NCBI GenBank assembly: GCA_018383815.1
Contig: JAHAWU010000018.1
Location: 1-24,000 of the forward strand
Direction of reading: 5' to 3'
DNA from: Candidatus Jordarchaeia archaeon
GTDB lineage: Archaea > Asgardarchaeota > Jordiarchaeia > Jordiarchaeales > Jordiarchaeaceae
DNA: 24,000 nucleotides
The position numbers were made by a program, and so were the translations under genes. This document shows, piece after piece, positions 1 through 10,452 of this stretch; the first letter of the stretch is position 1; each line of letters starts with the position of its first letter. The notes beneath the pieces were generated by a model, which was not told the DNA's origin, did no database searches, and saw nothing but the letters and a program-made list of their open reading frames with translations.

Positions 1-6
1 AAAGTG

Positions 7-27
7 CACTAAAAACTTTTTACGCCC
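7..27 (+). repeat. Solo copy of the 21-nt terminal repeat of the MITE-like element (CACTAAAAACTTTTTACGCCC)
   Basis: It is 20/21 identical to the reverse complement of 7785-7805 and 19/21 identical to 7990-8010. It lies at the window edge, so any element body would be upstream of the window. Confidence 0.55.
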
Positions 28-63
28 CAAAAATATTTTCCAAAATTATTTTTAGGTGTTCAT

Positions 64-240
64 ATGATTTTTTGGCGTGTTAGGAGTGGTTGCTTATCAT
101 GTTGCTGGGGAAACATGATTGTTATTGGTCGCCCTTTTTTCTGGAATCCAATAATTCTATATACCTTTGAGGATAGATATTATGAAGGAAAAGCTGCCCT
201 GCTTGTTCAGATTTTGTGTTTTAAGGGAGGCATGGTCTGA
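64..240 (+). CDS. Possible small ORF (58 aa, Cys/Trp/Phe-rich: MIFWRVRSGCLSCCWGNMIVIGRPFFWNPIILYTFEDRYYEGKAALLVQILCFKGGMV)
   Basis: Hand translation gives ATG at 64 and TGA at 238-240, directly abutting the GTG of the next ORF at 241. It falls below the 60-aa cutoff of the ORF track. I recognise no homology. Confidence 0.2.
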   Translation: MIFWRVRSGCLSCCWGNMIVIGRPFFWNPIILYTFEDRYYEGKAALLVQILCFKGGMV

Positions 241-795
241 GTGAGCCTTAAAGATTCTGGATGGTCAGACTTGGAAATTCTGCAAAATATTTCCGAATGC
301 TTCAAACTTCTAAAAAAAGGTTTGGAAAGCCTGAAAAATAAAGAATTTGAAAATGCTTTGTCCTTTTTGTCAGACGCCTCTACCCTTATGTATATAAGTC
401 TTAATCGAACAATTACTCACAAGTTGCCTTACAGGCATTCTTATGGTATTATTGTGCAATTTAACATTTTAGTCGTTTCTCTAGCTGTAAGTTTTCTTGT
501 CCGTGCCAGCCAGGTTAAAGAGGAGGCAAGGGAGAGTATAGGGGGAGCCACATCTCTTATAGCCTTAATCACCGCCTTCCTTAACCCCCTTCTGAGAAGC
601 ATTATAGAACAGGAATCAAAACCTGATGGCTACAAGTTAACAGAAAAAGATAGGTACCTTTTAGCGGAGATGATGGAGCTAAACGAAGTTATCAGAGATT
701 TCAAAAAACAGTTTGAAGAAGAGAAAAAAGAGGTTTTGGAGGAAAAACCAAAAAAGGTATCTGCAAAGGCTAAAAAAACGCGGGGCAAGAGTTAA
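241..795 (+). CDS. Hypothetical protein with two hydrophobic segments and a Lys-rich C-terminal tail
   Basis: A 184-aa ORF with a GTG start and GGGAGG 11 nt upstream. The hydrophobic stretches are IIVQFNILVVSLAVSFLV and GGATSLIALITAFLNPLL. I recognise no family. Confidence 0.5.
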   Translation: MSLKDSGWSDLEILQNISECFKLLKKGLESLKNKEFENALSFLSDASTLMYISLNRTITHKLPYRHSYGIIVQFNILVVSLAVSFLVRASQVKEEARESIGGATSLIALITAFLNPLLRSIIEQESKPDGYKLTEKDRYLLAEMMELNEVIRDFKKQFEEEKKEVLEEKPKKVSAKAKKTRGKS

Positions 796-2829
796 CTATT
801 TCTTAACTAATATTTCTTCCTGGTTCTTTGAGAGCAGTTCTCCTTCCCTTGTAAGGATCTCGGCTTTGGCCCAAAGTTTTCCTTGGGGGCAGGTCTTGAA
901 TTCTAATACTTGATTAGTTTTAATTACACTGTCTGGCTCAATATTCAGCGTTGCCTGTTTTTCGGTAAACCTTCTCCCATTCTCGTCTTCCAACCAGTAA
1001 ATCAGCTGAACATTGGAATAACTTCTATGCAGATCATTTATAATCCAGATATTTCCCTTGTCACCGGGTTTAACAACATCGTTAACCTCTATGCTGACTA
1101 GCACGGGTTGATACCCTATTTTCAAGGCATAGTAACCTTTTTTGGGTTGGCGGTAGTAGTCCAAAACGCTCCAAGTTATTGAGGGCCAGCAGTCCACGAA
1201 CATGAATTGGAAGATTCCAGTCATTGGGCTATATTTTGCCCGCCTATATGTTTCAATGGCGTACTTGAGAAGCCTATACTGATAGTTTTGGCTGTTCTCC
1301 ACAAATTCTTCTAGGGAATTTCCCAGCTCAATTTTTGCCATGTTAAAAGTCTGCATGTATTGAAAGTCGTGGAAAGCCCACTTCTTCCAGTTAGGTGGCC
1401 AGAGATCCTCCTCAGGCATCATTTTTTTAAGAGAATCCACGTTTGGAAGGGCTTGGGCGCCAAATTCAGTACAGAAGGGCTGGGCCAAGAGCATAGAATA
1501 CTTTTTGTAATCTTCCTCATACCAACCCGGATAAATGTGGAACTCGGTGGTTGAAGCGATGTCCACATAGCGTGTAGCATCTTCTTCCGACGCGGCAATC
1601 ATCAGGAGGGTATCAAGATTCCTTAATTGGTGCAAGTCGGGTTCATTGTGGCAACACCAGACAACTATGCAGGGGTGATTATAAAATGTTCTAATCATGT
1701 CCTTAATTTGGACCACGGCCTTTTCTGCAAAGTCATCACATCTTGAATACCACCATTGCAGAGCAAAATCCTGCCAGACCATTATGCCGTTCTCATCGCA
1801 AGCGGAGTAGAATTCCTCCCTATTCACGTGTGCATGCACCCTTACTGCGTTAACGTTTGCTTCCTTGAGAAGCCGTATATCTTCCTGTATTTTTTCGGGT
1901 GTATACTCGGAAAGCCACTGGGTGGGAATAATGTTAGTGCCTCTAACAAAAATTTTTAAACCATTAAGGTACCAATTCCACCCCGAATCTATTCTGACTT
2001 CTCTAACACCGAATCGTTCCCTTAAAGAATCGAGAACATTTTCACTGTCTCGAACTATAACCAGCAAATAGTACAAGTTTTGTTCCCCATGATCCCAAGT
2101 CCACCAAAGTTGCGGCCTTTTTATACTCAGTACAAAAAATAACTTGTCCCTCCCCCTAGATAAAAACAAACGTTTAAACTTTGATAATTTGCCCCCCGAA
2201 GAAGTGTTTACCGGCTCTACCTCTATTTCGACCATTACTTCTTTGGGATAATCTAAATTCTCCAGTTCAACTTCAACAATTATTCTGGCAAGCTTTTCAG
2301 ATTCAATTTTAGGCGATATTTTAACTCTAGAGATTCTTACTTTACTCGTTATTAGCAAGTCCACATCGTTCCATATGCCTCCAGTGTTATAGTCTTGGCC
2401 GTGTTCTGGATCCCAGGAGCCTGGGCGGCAATCATGGTGGCTGAGAACCCCCTTAATTAGTCTCTTGTAACATGGCCAAATTGGTTTTTCTTCCTTCGGA
2501 GAACTCACCTTGACAAGCAACGAATTCTCTTCCCTGATAATCTTGGTAACGTTAAACATGAAGGGTTGGAAATATCCCTCATGGTGGCCTACAAAGACTC
2601 CGTTTAGATAAACGTCTGCAAAATAGTCGACGCCCTTAAATCTAAGCCAAAACTCTTTATCTGCGGGTACTTCTTCCAGCCTGAAGCTTTTTTGGAAATA
2701 AACGGTTCCAGAGAAATCCACACCTCTAAGGTACCAGTTTGAGGGAAGCAACATTTCCCTCCAATCAGAGTCATTACTTGGAACAGACTCAAAACTGTAT
2801 CTCCATTTTCCATTTAAGCTAATTCTCAT
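796..2829 (-). CDS. Glycoside hydrolase family 2 (beta-mannosidase/beta-galactosidase-like)
   Basis: A 677-aa ORF. The N-terminal sugar-binding signature is FKGVDYFADVYLNGVFVGHHEGYFQPFMFNVT. TIM-barrel motifs are NAVRVHAHVNREEFYSACDENGIMVWQDF and HPCIVVWCCHNEPD (acid/base Glu). The candidate nucleophile lies in TEFGAQALP. Confidence 0.85.
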   Translation of the reverse strand: MRISLNGKWRYSFESVPSNDSDWREMLLPSNWYLRGVDFSGTVYFQKSFRLEEVPADKEFWLRFKGVDYFADVYLNGVFVGHHEGYFQPFMFNVTKIIREENSLLVKVSSPKEEKPIWPCYKRLIKGVLSHHDCRPGSWDPEHGQDYNTGGIWNDVDLLITSKVRISRVKISPKIESEKLARIIVEVELENLDYPKEVMVEIEVEPVNTSSGGKLSKFKRLFLSRGRDKLFFVLSIKRPQLWWTWDHGEQNLYYLLVIVRDSENVLDSLRERFGVREVRIDSGWNWYLNGLKIFVRGTNIIPTQWLSEYTPEKIQEDIRLLKEANVNAVRVHAHVNREEFYSACDENGIMVWQDFALQWWYSRCDDFAEKAVVQIKDMIRTFYNHPCIVVWCCHNEPDLHQLRNLDTLLMIAASEEDATRYVDIASTTEFHIYPGWYEEDYKKYSMLLAQPFCTEFGAQALPNVDSLKKMMPEEDLWPPNWKKWAFHDFQYMQTFNMAKIELGNSLEEFVENSQNYQYRLLKYAIETYRRAKYSPMTGIFQFMFVDCWPSITWSVLDYYRQPKKGYYALKIGYQPVLVSIEVNDVVKPGDKGNIWIINDLHRSYSNVQLIYWLEDENGRRFTEKQATLNIEPDSVIKTNQVLEFKTCPQGKLWAKAEILTREGELLSKNQEEILVKK

Positions 2830-3029
2830 TAATATTCGCCTTTGCCAGTTAAATCTAAAACCATTAAAAAGACATCTTTTGGAATATACTGCATCAGTTT
2901 CTGTTTAAAAAAGGTTTATGGTTATTTTAATTGGGAGGGAGTGGCTTTAAATTATCAAATACAAAAATTATAGTAGTGCAGAATCAAAATCTTATTTCTC
3001 TGGAAAGGATTTTTAGAGAAGGGAAATAG

Positions 3030-3548
3030 TTGAGATTTTGGCTGGTTTCACCAGAGGCTTTGAAACAGAAATGCTTGGAGTTTATCCTCCTTGAAGGATA
3101 CTTTAACCCAGAGACTTTTTCAGAGTTAGAATACTCTCTCCACAACCAAGAATATCCAAGCAAAGCCCTCATCTCTGAATTATGTAGAAATGTTAGATGT
3201 CCCGCCATTTGCGAAAAATGTCAAGCGGATTGCACGCACAAAGAATTCTGTGAGCAGGTGGAGAGGCTACACATTGATAGAAGTCCACCATGTATAAGAA
3301 AAGCCTACAACTTGGGCGAGTTTCGAATAGTTAAAAACTATTTCAAGTCGCTAGGACTTCTACCCAATACAACGCAAGAATGTCTCGGAGTGAAATGCAC
3401 ATTTATGAGAAAAGTGGGACTGTGCGAAACGGACAATTTCTGTAAAAGTATGAAAACAGGGATTTTAACTGAATACTATAATATACGCTTAAAAAGAAAA
3501 ATCACCGAAGAAATAAAGAGTAATAGGCCTCAAACCTTTGGGAAATAA
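3030..3548 (+). CDS. Hypothetical Cys-rich protein
   Basis: A 172-aa ORF with a TTG start and GAAGGGA 6-7 nt upstream. It has a Cys cluster, CRNVRCPAICEKCQADCTHKEFC, plus further Cys residues. The family is unrecognised, and there is no in-frame ATG near the 5' end. Confidence 0.4.
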   Translation: MRFWLVSPEALKQKCLEFILLEGYFNPETFSELEYSLHNQEYPSKALISELCRNVRCPAICEKCQADCTHKEFCEQVERLHIDRSPPCIRKAYNLGEFRIVKNYFKSLGLLPNTTQECLGVKCTFMRKVGLCETDNFCKSMKTGILTEYYNIRLKRKITEEIKSNRPQTFGK

Positions 3549-3571
3549 AGCTGTCCTCTAAATGTTTTTTC

Positions 3572-4660
3572 CTATTTTTTCCAGAGCTTCTGGGCGATTT
3601 CAGATGCGCGGTGTTTCTGCCACAGTTCTAGGTACCTCAATATGTTTTCATCGTTTCGGTAAACGTCAAAAACAATGTTGTACTTTGCTTCCAGTACTGG
3701 TAGGAATGTTTCCTGCAAGGCATCTCTATAAGTTCTAATACCTTCAGGGCTTTCCTCATCAAGAACTTTGATTATCGTCTTCGCAGCTAATTCGCCCGAC
3801 TCGAGGGCATAAGGAATTCCTTTGCCCGATATGGGATCCACTAGGCCAGCGGCGTCCCCTACTGCCACAACGCCCCCTTCGTAGAATTTTTCGCGAGTCT
3901 TTAGGGGAACCAAGTGGGCAGAGGTTCTGATGGTTTCCCCGCTGGATAAAATTTTTCTTATAGGTTCGTAGTCTAGAAACTTTTGAAAAGAATCCCTCGT
4001 ATTACTAATATCTGATAGTCGGCAGCCCCAACCCAAACTTATCACATTTCTTTTGGGAAAAGCCCACCCGTAACCAAATTTACTTATGTCTTTACCAAAA
4101 TAAAAGTTGATGGTCTTTTCACCTATGATTTCCGCTATTTTTTCTTTTTTAGACAGAATCTCTTTCTGTACGGTCAGGTATACTTCATCTGCTTTGAAGG
4201 GCCTCCAACCAATAGACTTTAAAGTTGGAGAATTGACCCCATCAGCTGCGACCACCATCTTGGCTTCGACATCACCCCTCTTTAGTTTAAGCTTATAATG
4301 ATCGTTTTTCCACGTAACGCTTTTCAGAGCTTGGGACTCCATGAGCTTTGCGCCGGCCGCAGCCGCAAGGTATTGAAAGTAACCATCAAACTTTAGTCTC
4401 CAAACCACGGCGCCGAGACCAATTCTGTGAAAAACCTTCCCCGAGGTGTGATAAGTTACCAGAGATTCCACTTCACGCTCAATTACCTCACTTGGAATTT
4501 TATATTTGCTCACAAGTGTTAATTCTATAGCTCCACCACAGGGTTTGTACCTCGGAATCTCATCTCTGTCAATCAAAACTACCTTGTATCCCGCCTCCGC
4601 AATGTGAGCTGCGGACAATGAGCCTGAAGGTCCGGCGCCAACTACAGCAGCATCATACAA
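3572..4660 (-). CDS. Geranylgeranyl reductase family FAD-dependent oxidoreductase (archaeal lipid/prenyl reductase type)
   Basis: The N-terminal dinucleotide-binding motif YDAAVVGAGPSGSLSAAHIAEAGYKVVLIDR is followed by the PCGGAI motif typical of GGR. The C-terminal motif is GDAAGLVDPISGKGI. The start is TTG with GGTGAGG upstream. Confidence 0.85.
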   Translation of the reverse strand: MYDAAVVGAGPSGSLSAAHIAEAGYKVVLIDRDEIPRYKPCGGAIELTLVSKYKIPSEVIEREVESLVTYHTSGKVFHRIGLGAVVWRLKFDGYFQYLAAAAGAKLMESQALKSVTWKNDHYKLKLKRGDVEAKMVVAADGVNSPTLKSIGWRPFKADEVYLTVQKEILSKKEKIAEIIGEKTINFYFGKDISKFGYGWAFPKRNVISLGWGCRLSDISNTRDSFQKFLDYEPIRKILSSGETIRTSAHLVPLKTREKFYEGGVVAVGDAAGLVDPISGKGIPYALESGELAAKTIIKVLDEESPEGIRTYRDALQETFLPVLEAKYNIVFDVYRNDENILRYLELWQKHRASEIAQKLWKK

Positions 4661-4810
4661 ATATTTTAAACCTCACCTAATTTGTGCTATTCTGAATGGT
4701 CAACACCACTCATAAATATTATCCCAAAAAACAACATATATTGTTATTCCATAAAAAACAGTTAAAAATATCTATTATTATTTATTTTTAATTTTAGAGC
4801 TGATGAAACC

Positions 4811-4818
4811 TTTTTATA
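4811..4818 (+). promoter_or_regulatory. Candidate TATA box (TTTTTATA, preceded by AAACC) for the histone gene
   Basis: It sits about 50 nt upstream of the ATG at 4867, with GAGGA about 9 nt before the ATG. Inferred from sequence only. Confidence 0.3.
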
Positions 4819-4866
4819 GAAGAAAGAAGCAATCTAAAGACAAATTATTAAAAAGAGGAAAGTAAA

Positions 4867-5109
4867 ATGCCCAGAAAAAAAAGCGAAACAATCATACCAG
4901 TCGCACCAATCGATAGACTGATCAGAAACGCCGGCGCGGAAAGAGTTTCAGAAAGTGGAGCTGCGGCACTAGCCAAAATTTTAGAAGAACTTGGGACAGA
5001 AATAGCACGACTAGCAGATGAGATGGCGAAGCACACTGGAAGAAAAACCATAAAAGAAGAAGACATCGACTTGGCATACAAAACATGGAAAAAAGCAAAA
5101 TTCCCATAA
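4867..5109 (+). CDS. Archaeal histone (HMf-type histone fold) with a short basic N-terminal extension
   Basis: The 80-aa sequence IPVAPIDRLIRNAGAERVSESGAAALAKILEELGTEIARLADEMAKHTGRKTIKEEDIDLAYK closely follows the HMfB-type pattern (PIAPIGRIIK.AGAERVS...HAGRKTIK.EDIELA). Confidence 0.9.
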   Translation: MPRKKSETIIPVAPIDRLIRNAGAERVSESGAAALAKILEELGTEIARLADEMAKHTGRKTIKEEDIDLAYKTWKKAKFP

Positions 5110-5243
5110 CAAACCAATAAACATCTAGCAGATACCCACAAACTGGTATTTCAAATAGTACTACTCTGAACAAAAAATTTTCCAAAGCACCATCCTATTA
5201 TTTTTAAAGCCGTTAGAATCCAAGTACGAAGTCAGAAATATTT

Positions 5244-7466
5244 TTATCTTGAAACCCGCAGCTCATACCGAAGTACATCGCCTAGGTTCTCAATCTCCGA
5301 AATATTATAGATGCTGCCCCCACTTTTCTCGGCAATGCTTTGGCAGATTTTCTTCCGCCAATTCTTCATTAATGCGTGGCTTTCTGGACGGATAACAACA
5401 GTGCGAATGTTTTCCTTTTTTATCAATTTAGCTATCTCTTCAATTTCGTATAGTAACTGATTGTAGGATTCCATCTCAGACCTCATCTGTTGAATGTAAG
5501 AGTAACGTTTTTCAGAAAAACAGCCGGCGTTTAGCGGCACATTTGCGCCCCCGTCACTAATAGTTACCAGGAATGGTACTACCTTGTTGTCTTTCATTTT
5601 CTCGCGTTTTAGTACCTCGAGTCCTTTGACTAGTCCTGCGGCTAGGGGAGTCCAACTCCCCGATTTCACGGTGAGCAGTTTTGCGGTTACGGTTTGCAGG
5701 TTTACTGTGGGATACTGCATTATTTCGGCGTTGTAACCTTTGAATACCACTAGTCCCACGCGGTCTCTTTGGCGATAGGCTTCATCGTGTAGGGAAAGTA
5801 TCACCTGTTTAACCTTTTTGAGGTTTTTAAACATGGAGCCGCTGGCGTCAAGTACAAAGACTATGGAGAGTGGAGCGCGGTATTCAAATATTTTTTCGCG
5901 AATATCTTGTGTTCGGATATTTACTGCCAGATTTTTGTTTTTTCTATCTTTCTGGTAGGGCGAGGATGCTCTTATTGAAGCATCTAATGCGATGTGCCTA
6001 GTTTTTTCTTTGGGGATTTTGTAGTAGATATATCTTCCTTTGTCTGAGGAGCCCTTCGCTTTTAGTCTCCTTCCCAGAAAGCTGGGTTCATCCTTCCTGA
6101 AGTAGCTTTTGTACTGCTGCCTAAAAAATTCTCCAAGAATGTTTGCCTTCTTGAGCTCTTCTAGTTCTTCTTCTGTTAAGGCATCAAATCTTGGGTCTCT
6201 GATATTTATCATTCCATCTCGGTCTTGGCCTTCTTGTTGCTGTGTGTAGCGGTTCAAAAGGTCTTGGTAGGGGATGTCCTGATTTGACGGAGCAGCTTGC
6301 ATGCCTTCCTCAAATGAGATGTTTTGAATATCTTTTCCCGAGGCGTCCTCACTTTTGGTTTGTTGTTGGCCATTCATTTCGGCATCGTTACGAAAAAAAC
6401 CCATGGCCTCCTGTTGCTTCACTTCGTTTAGTGTTTTTTCGAATGCTTCTGCTATCCTTTTGCTTACCGTTTCTGCATCTTCGAATTCAAATTTTCGAAT
6501 TCTGTGGCCCAGGGCTAACTCGGCAGCCTTTAGTACATCTTGTTCGTTTACTTCTTTTCTTCCGTCCAAGGCCGCTAAGGCTTTGGCGCAGCGCATAACC
6601 GTTATATCTCCTCTATGGGTGCCTACCCCCAGCTCCAGGCACAATCTTACAATGGTTACTAATAGGTACGTTGGTATTTTTACTTCTGGAAGAATTTCTT
6701 TAGCCTTCACTATCCTTTTCTGAAGATCCTCCTCTTCGCTCTGCCACTTCCTTAGAAACTCTTCTTGGTTTTTATCGAATTCTTGGATGCGGTTTAGTAT
6801 CTCCAGTCTTTGTTTAACATCCTTTAGAGGGGTTACCTCTACCTGTAGGCCTATTCTGTCAAGTATTTGGGGTCTTAGTTCCCCCTCCTCGGGATTCATA
6901 CTTCCCACTAGCACGAAGCTTGAGGGATGGGATACAGATACGCCCTCCCTTTCTACAGTGTTAACTCCAAAAGCTGCAGCGTCTAGAAGGTCGTCCACTA
7001 TATGATCACTTAGAAGGTTAATCTCGTCTACATATAATATTTGCCGATTAGCTTCAGCCAGTATGCCTGGCTCCAGAGCTTTAACTCCTTCCTTTATTGC
7101 CTTTTCAATGTCTAGAGATCCTACAACTCTATCCTCTGTTACCCCTAGGGGAATTTCAACAACTCTCATCCTTCTGACTTCATATTCTAAGTTATTGTTT
7201 TCCTTTAATTTGGCTTTGCACATTTCACACATAGTTGATGGATTTGCGGGATCGCAGTTAAATGGGCAATTCTTGACGAATTCTATTTCTGGCAATAATG
7301 CGGCTAATGCCCTTACTGCAGTGGATTTTCCTGTGCCTTTCTCTCCACGGATCAATACGCCGCCGATTTTAGGATCTATAACGTTTAAAATTAGACCGAG
7401 CTTCATATTAGTTTGGCCGACTATTGCCGTGAAGGGAAAAACTACTTTTTTATATCGAACAGACAT
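5244..7466 (-). CDS. ChlI/ChlD-family AAA+ ATPase fused to a C-terminal vWA domain (putative chelatase subunit)
   Basis: A 740-aa ORF. The N-terminus [40 protein letters not shown] carries Walker A, and [10 protein letters not shown] is Walker [18 protein letters not shown] is typical of BchI/ChlI. An acidic/Gln-rich linker follows. The C-terminal vWA domain has the MIDAS motif VLDASGSM, then SWTPLA and SDGGAN. Confidence 0.85.
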   Translation of the reverse strand: MSVRYKKVVFPFTAIVGQTNMKLGLILNVIDPKIGGVLIRGEKGTGKSTAVRALAALLPEIEFVKNCPFNCDPANPSTMCEMCKAKLKENNNLEYEVRRMRVVEIPLGVTEDRVVGSLDIEKAIKEGVKALEPGILAEANRQILYVDEINLLSDHIVDDLLDAAAFGVNTVEREGVSVSHPSSFVLVGSMNPEEGELRPQILDRIGLQVEVTPLKDVKQRLEILNRIQEFDKNQEEFLRKWQSEEEDLQKRIVKAKEILPEVKIPTYLLVTIVRLCLELGVGTHRGDITVMRCAKALAALDGRKEVNEQDVLKAAELALGHRIRKFEFEDAETVSKRIAEAFEKTLNEVKQQEAMGFFRNDAEMNGQQQTKSEDASGKDIQNISFEEGMQAAPSNQDIPYQDLLNRYTQQQEGQDRDGMINIRDPRFDALTEEELEELKKANILGEFFRQQYKSYFRKDEPSFLGRRLKAKGSSDKGRYIYYKIPKEKTRHIALDASIRASSPYQKDRKNKNLAVNIRTQDIREKIFEYRAPLSIVFVLDASGSMFKNLKKVKQVILSLHDEAYRQRDRVGLVVFKGYNAEIMQYPTVNLQTVTAKLLTVKSGSWTPLAAGLVKGLEVLKREKMKDNKVVPFLVTISDGGANVPLNAGCFSEKRYSYIQQMRSEMESYNQLLYEIEEIAKLIKKENIRTVVIRPESHALMKNWRKKICQSIAEKSGGSIYNISEIENLGDVLRYELRVSR

Positions 7467-7784
7467 GGCTTTAGTCGCTCCCTGTTATTAAGTTATGTAG
7501 GGCTTGAAATAAAGCTTCCTTCATGTTGTCCGCAACCATTTTAAAGTAATGAGGACAAATACAAGAAAAACAGAATACCTTTTTAACTTTATCATAAAGT
7601 TAACAGCATAGCTTTTTGTTCACCTTTCCATTTCTTTAAACTTTTGTTTTCGTAATGGTCACACATTCAATTTTTAGCTACAATTATACTAATGAAATTG
7701 CACAAAAGATCCATGCACCACCATACTTTTCTTAAAAATTAAGGAGAAGCTCTTTTCCCATAGAAAGTTCACATAAAGAACGCT

Positions 7785-8010
7785 GGGCGTAAAAAGTTTT
7801 TGGTGCAAGCCGCTGGGGGGCGTCTTCGGACTGGGGCTCTGTGTTGTCTTCTTGTGTGTGGTTTTGGGTCTCCCCACTTATGTCTCCTTTTGCCAAAAGG
7901 AGGCTTCATAGAGCTTCTTTCCAATTGAAGTCTAACACCCTTTTTTCTGGGAAACATTTGCCTCCAAACACGCCCCAACACCAAAAATACACTAAAAACT
8001 TTTTATGTCC
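7785..8010. mobile_element. MITE-like non-autonomous element: 226 bp, 21-nt imperfect terminal inverted repeats, flanked by an 8-bp direct repeat
   Basis: The left terminus GGGCGTAAAAAGTTTTTGGTG (7785-7805) matches the reverse complement of the right terminus, GGACATAAAAAGTTTTTAGTG (7990-8010), at 18/21 positions. An identical AGAACGCT lies at 7777-7784 and 8011-8018, immediately outside both termini. There is no credible ORF inside. Confidence 0.6.
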
Positions 8011-8198
8011 AGAACGCTTACATATTACGATGAGTATGCAAATGAGTGGGTAGGGCCAATTCTGCAAATTACAGTAACTCTCTTCAGTAAGGAAACTTTA
8101 TCTTTAGGAGTGAGAATAGAATAGACTAAACACGCTTTTAGTTGTCCATAGAATTAAATATAAATAAAATGGTGAGAGAAGGATTCCGGTGGCAAAAA

Positions 8199-9179
8199 AT
8201 GAAAACAATAATTTATGCAGGTGCAGAACTTCCCCCAATACTAAGAGTAATGTCTAAAGCGTATTCCCTGAGTGATGTTACCATAATAGCAAATAACATT
8301 CATGACTACTATCTTTCTGGTTTAAAAATTATGCATGAAACGGACAGCGCAATACTTCTTTTATCAAAAATCAAAGAGGGCGTGGATTCCTACACACTTC
8401 AAAGGATACTGGAAAAGTTTGGAGTTAAAGCCAGCATACCTACCTCAGACGCCAAGATTGGGATCACCTTGTATAGGGAAGGAAAATTAAAAAATAACCA
8501 GGACCTTGTAAGCGTTCATCGGGATCTATGTAAAGCTCTACAGCTTAAAACAAACGTAATACCTTTTACGAATGGAGAGGTCGAAGCGCTTGTCAAAACA
8601 GGGGAAGGCGAAATAAGCTTATTAGAATACTTTACTGCAAAAAAAGAATTCAACGTTAAAAAACTGGAATTAGAAGGAATGGAAAAAATAAAGCCTTTTG
8701 ATCAGGTGGTAAAAATCATAAAAGATAGTGAATCAATACTCATCATACCTAATGATCCAATAAGCATCATGCCAATCATAAAAAACAAAAATATTCAGGA
8801 AGCCATCGAAAACTGCCAGGGGCACGTCACAGTAATTTGTCCTCCAATCACTAAAAGGTCAACCCTTCTTCTAGAAACGCTGGGCATCGAACCAACGCCC
8901 CTAGGGGTAGCCAAAACCTTTGAAGAACACATAGACACCTTCCTAATAGACCGCAACTATCAGGACCTCAAGCCACAGATAGAAATCCTAAAAATGGAAG
9001 TCGTTGCCACAGACTTATACGAAACAGAAGCCGAATATGGAAATACAATACCAAAACCAATACAAGAACGCTTCCAGCTGGAAACCAAAGCCCCACCAGT
9101 AATCACTGGATTAAAGAAGGGAGTCCAAAAAATAGGAAAAATATTAGGAACCCCAGAAAAAACCAAAGAACAAGAATAA
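8199..9179 (+). CDS. Divergent CofD/UPF0052-family (2-phospho-L-lactate transferase-like) protein
   Basis: Collinear resemblance to CofD as I remember it: MKTIIYAGAELPPIL vs MKITVLSGGTGTPKL; VTIIANNIHDYYLSGLKIMHETDSAILL vs VIVNTGDD...SPDLDTVLY; SESILIIPNDPISIMPII vs the GPSNPITSIGPIL type. I prefer the ATG at 8199 (GGTGG 6 nt upstream) over the track start TTG at 8142. Confidence 0.55.
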   Translation: MKTIIYAGAELPPILRVMSKAYSLSDVTIIANNIHDYYLSGLKIMHETDSAILLLSKIKEGVDSYTLQRILEKFGVKASIPTSDAKIGITLYREGKLKNNQDLVSVHRDLCKALQLKTNVIPFTNGEVEALVKTGEGEISLLEYFTAKKEFNVKKLELEGMEKIKPFDQVVKIIKDSESILIIPNDPISIMPIIKNKNIQEAIENCQGHVTVICPPITKRSTLLLETLGIEPTPLGVAKTFEEHIDTFLIDRNYQDLKPQIEILKMEVVATDLYETEAEYGNTIPKPIQERFQLETKAPPVITGLKKGVQKIGKILGTPEKTKEQE

Positions 9180-9200
9180 TCTACAACATATACACCTTCC

Positions 9201-9206
9201 TTTTTT
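9201..9206 (+). terminator. Oligo-T tract (T6), a candidate archaeal terminator downstream of the CofD-like gene
   Basis: CCTTCCTTTTTTCAC lies 22-27 nt after the stop at 9179. Assigned from the intrinsic oligo-T rule only. Confidence 0.25.
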
Positions 9207-9462
9207 CACACAACACAAAAAGAAAAAAGAACCTACCCCCCCTTTTACACTCACCAGATATTGACAGGCTATCCACCCCTGGCCAAAACACGGAAGGAAT
9301 AAAAACTTTAACTCAACATTACCCACTGACATCTCTGCAACCTGGGAATCGGGGCTTATCCTGCTAACGACTTCTGTAATTCCTCAATCGAAAACGTAAT
9401 ATGTGTGTTTGGAAGAATACTTCTTAGAACCTAAACTTTTGGGTAAATGGGGATAGAAGAAT

Positions 9463-10407
9463 ATGGATGGCGCAGATTATAGTACCCTAGTAATTTTAAT
9501 GGTAGTTATAGTCTTCATACTGTTGGCACTAATTGTACCCAACATAAAAATATTGAGAGAGTACGAGAGAGCGGTAATATTTAGGCTGGGAAGAGTGGCT
9601 GGAACTAAGGGGCCAGGGATAGTGTTCCTTCTGCCTCTCATAGACAGAGCGGTGAAGGTGGATCTAAGAGAAAACTACTTTGAAATTCGGAGACAAATGT
9701 GCATAACAGGTGACAACAGCCCTTTGGACATTGACGTATTATTTTATTATAGGGTGATTAATCCTGAGGACAGTGTAGTTAAGATTAAAGACTTTCGGGG
9801 CGCAGCCATCGGTATTGCTCAAACCACCCTGAGATCGGTAATTGGGGACATTATGCTTGACGATGTGCTTGCCAAGCGAGAGTATATCAATACTGTTCTC
9901 AGAGACAAGTTGGACGAGATGACTGAGAGGTGGGGTGTTAAGGTTACCAGTGTTGAGATTCGGGAGATTCTCCCTCCAAGTCGGGTTCAAAATGCTATGG
10001 TTCGCCAGATGGAGGCGGAACGGATTAGGCGAGCTATGGTCATTGAGGCTGACGGTACTAAAGAGGCGGCGATTAAGGTGGCTGAAGGTGATGCACGCTC
10101 CGAGATTCTGAAGGCTGAGGGAGACCGTGAGGCGGCTATTTTAGAGGCGGAAGGTGTGAAGCAGAGTGTTATCTTGGAGGCAGAGGGTGAAGCGTTAGCT
10201 CTTGATAAGGTTTTTGGAGTTGTAAAGGACATTGATAGTAAGACCATGACTTTGCAGTATCTAAAGGCTCTGGATGCGCTCGGGAATAATGAGCAAACAC
10301 GTATGATATTTCCATTAGATTTCTCTTCTCTTACGGGAATGGTCTCGGAACATGTGGATAAAGCATCTGAAGAAGCGGCTCATAGTTCTAAGAAAAAGGT
10401 CAAATAG
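9463..10407 (+). CDS. SPFH/band 7 (stomatin/prohibitin-like) membrane protein
   Basis: An N-terminal TM helix is followed by ILREYERAVIFRLGRV and a coiled-coil tail with repeated xAEG units (KVAEGDARSEI, LKAEGDREAAI, LEAEGVKQSVI, LEAEGEALAL). Confidence 0.9.
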   Translation: MDGADYSTLVILMVVIVFILLALIVPNIKILREYERAVIFRLGRVAGTKGPGIVFLLPLIDRAVKVDLRENYFEIRRQMCITGDNSPLDIDVLFYYRVINPEDSVVKIKDFRGAAIGIAQTTLRSVIGDIMLDDVLAKREYINTVLRDKLDEMTERWGVKVTSVEIREILPPSRVQNAMVRQMEAERIRRAMVIEADGTKEAAIKVAEGDARSEILKAEGDREAAILEAEGVKQSVILEAEGEALALDKVFGVVKDIDSKTMTLQYLKALDALGNNEQTRMIFPLDFSSLTGMVSEHVDKASEEAAHSSKKKVK

Positions 10408-10452
10408 AAGGGATTGAGTTAGGGGTTAAAAAATTGAAGGATAATTTGTGTT

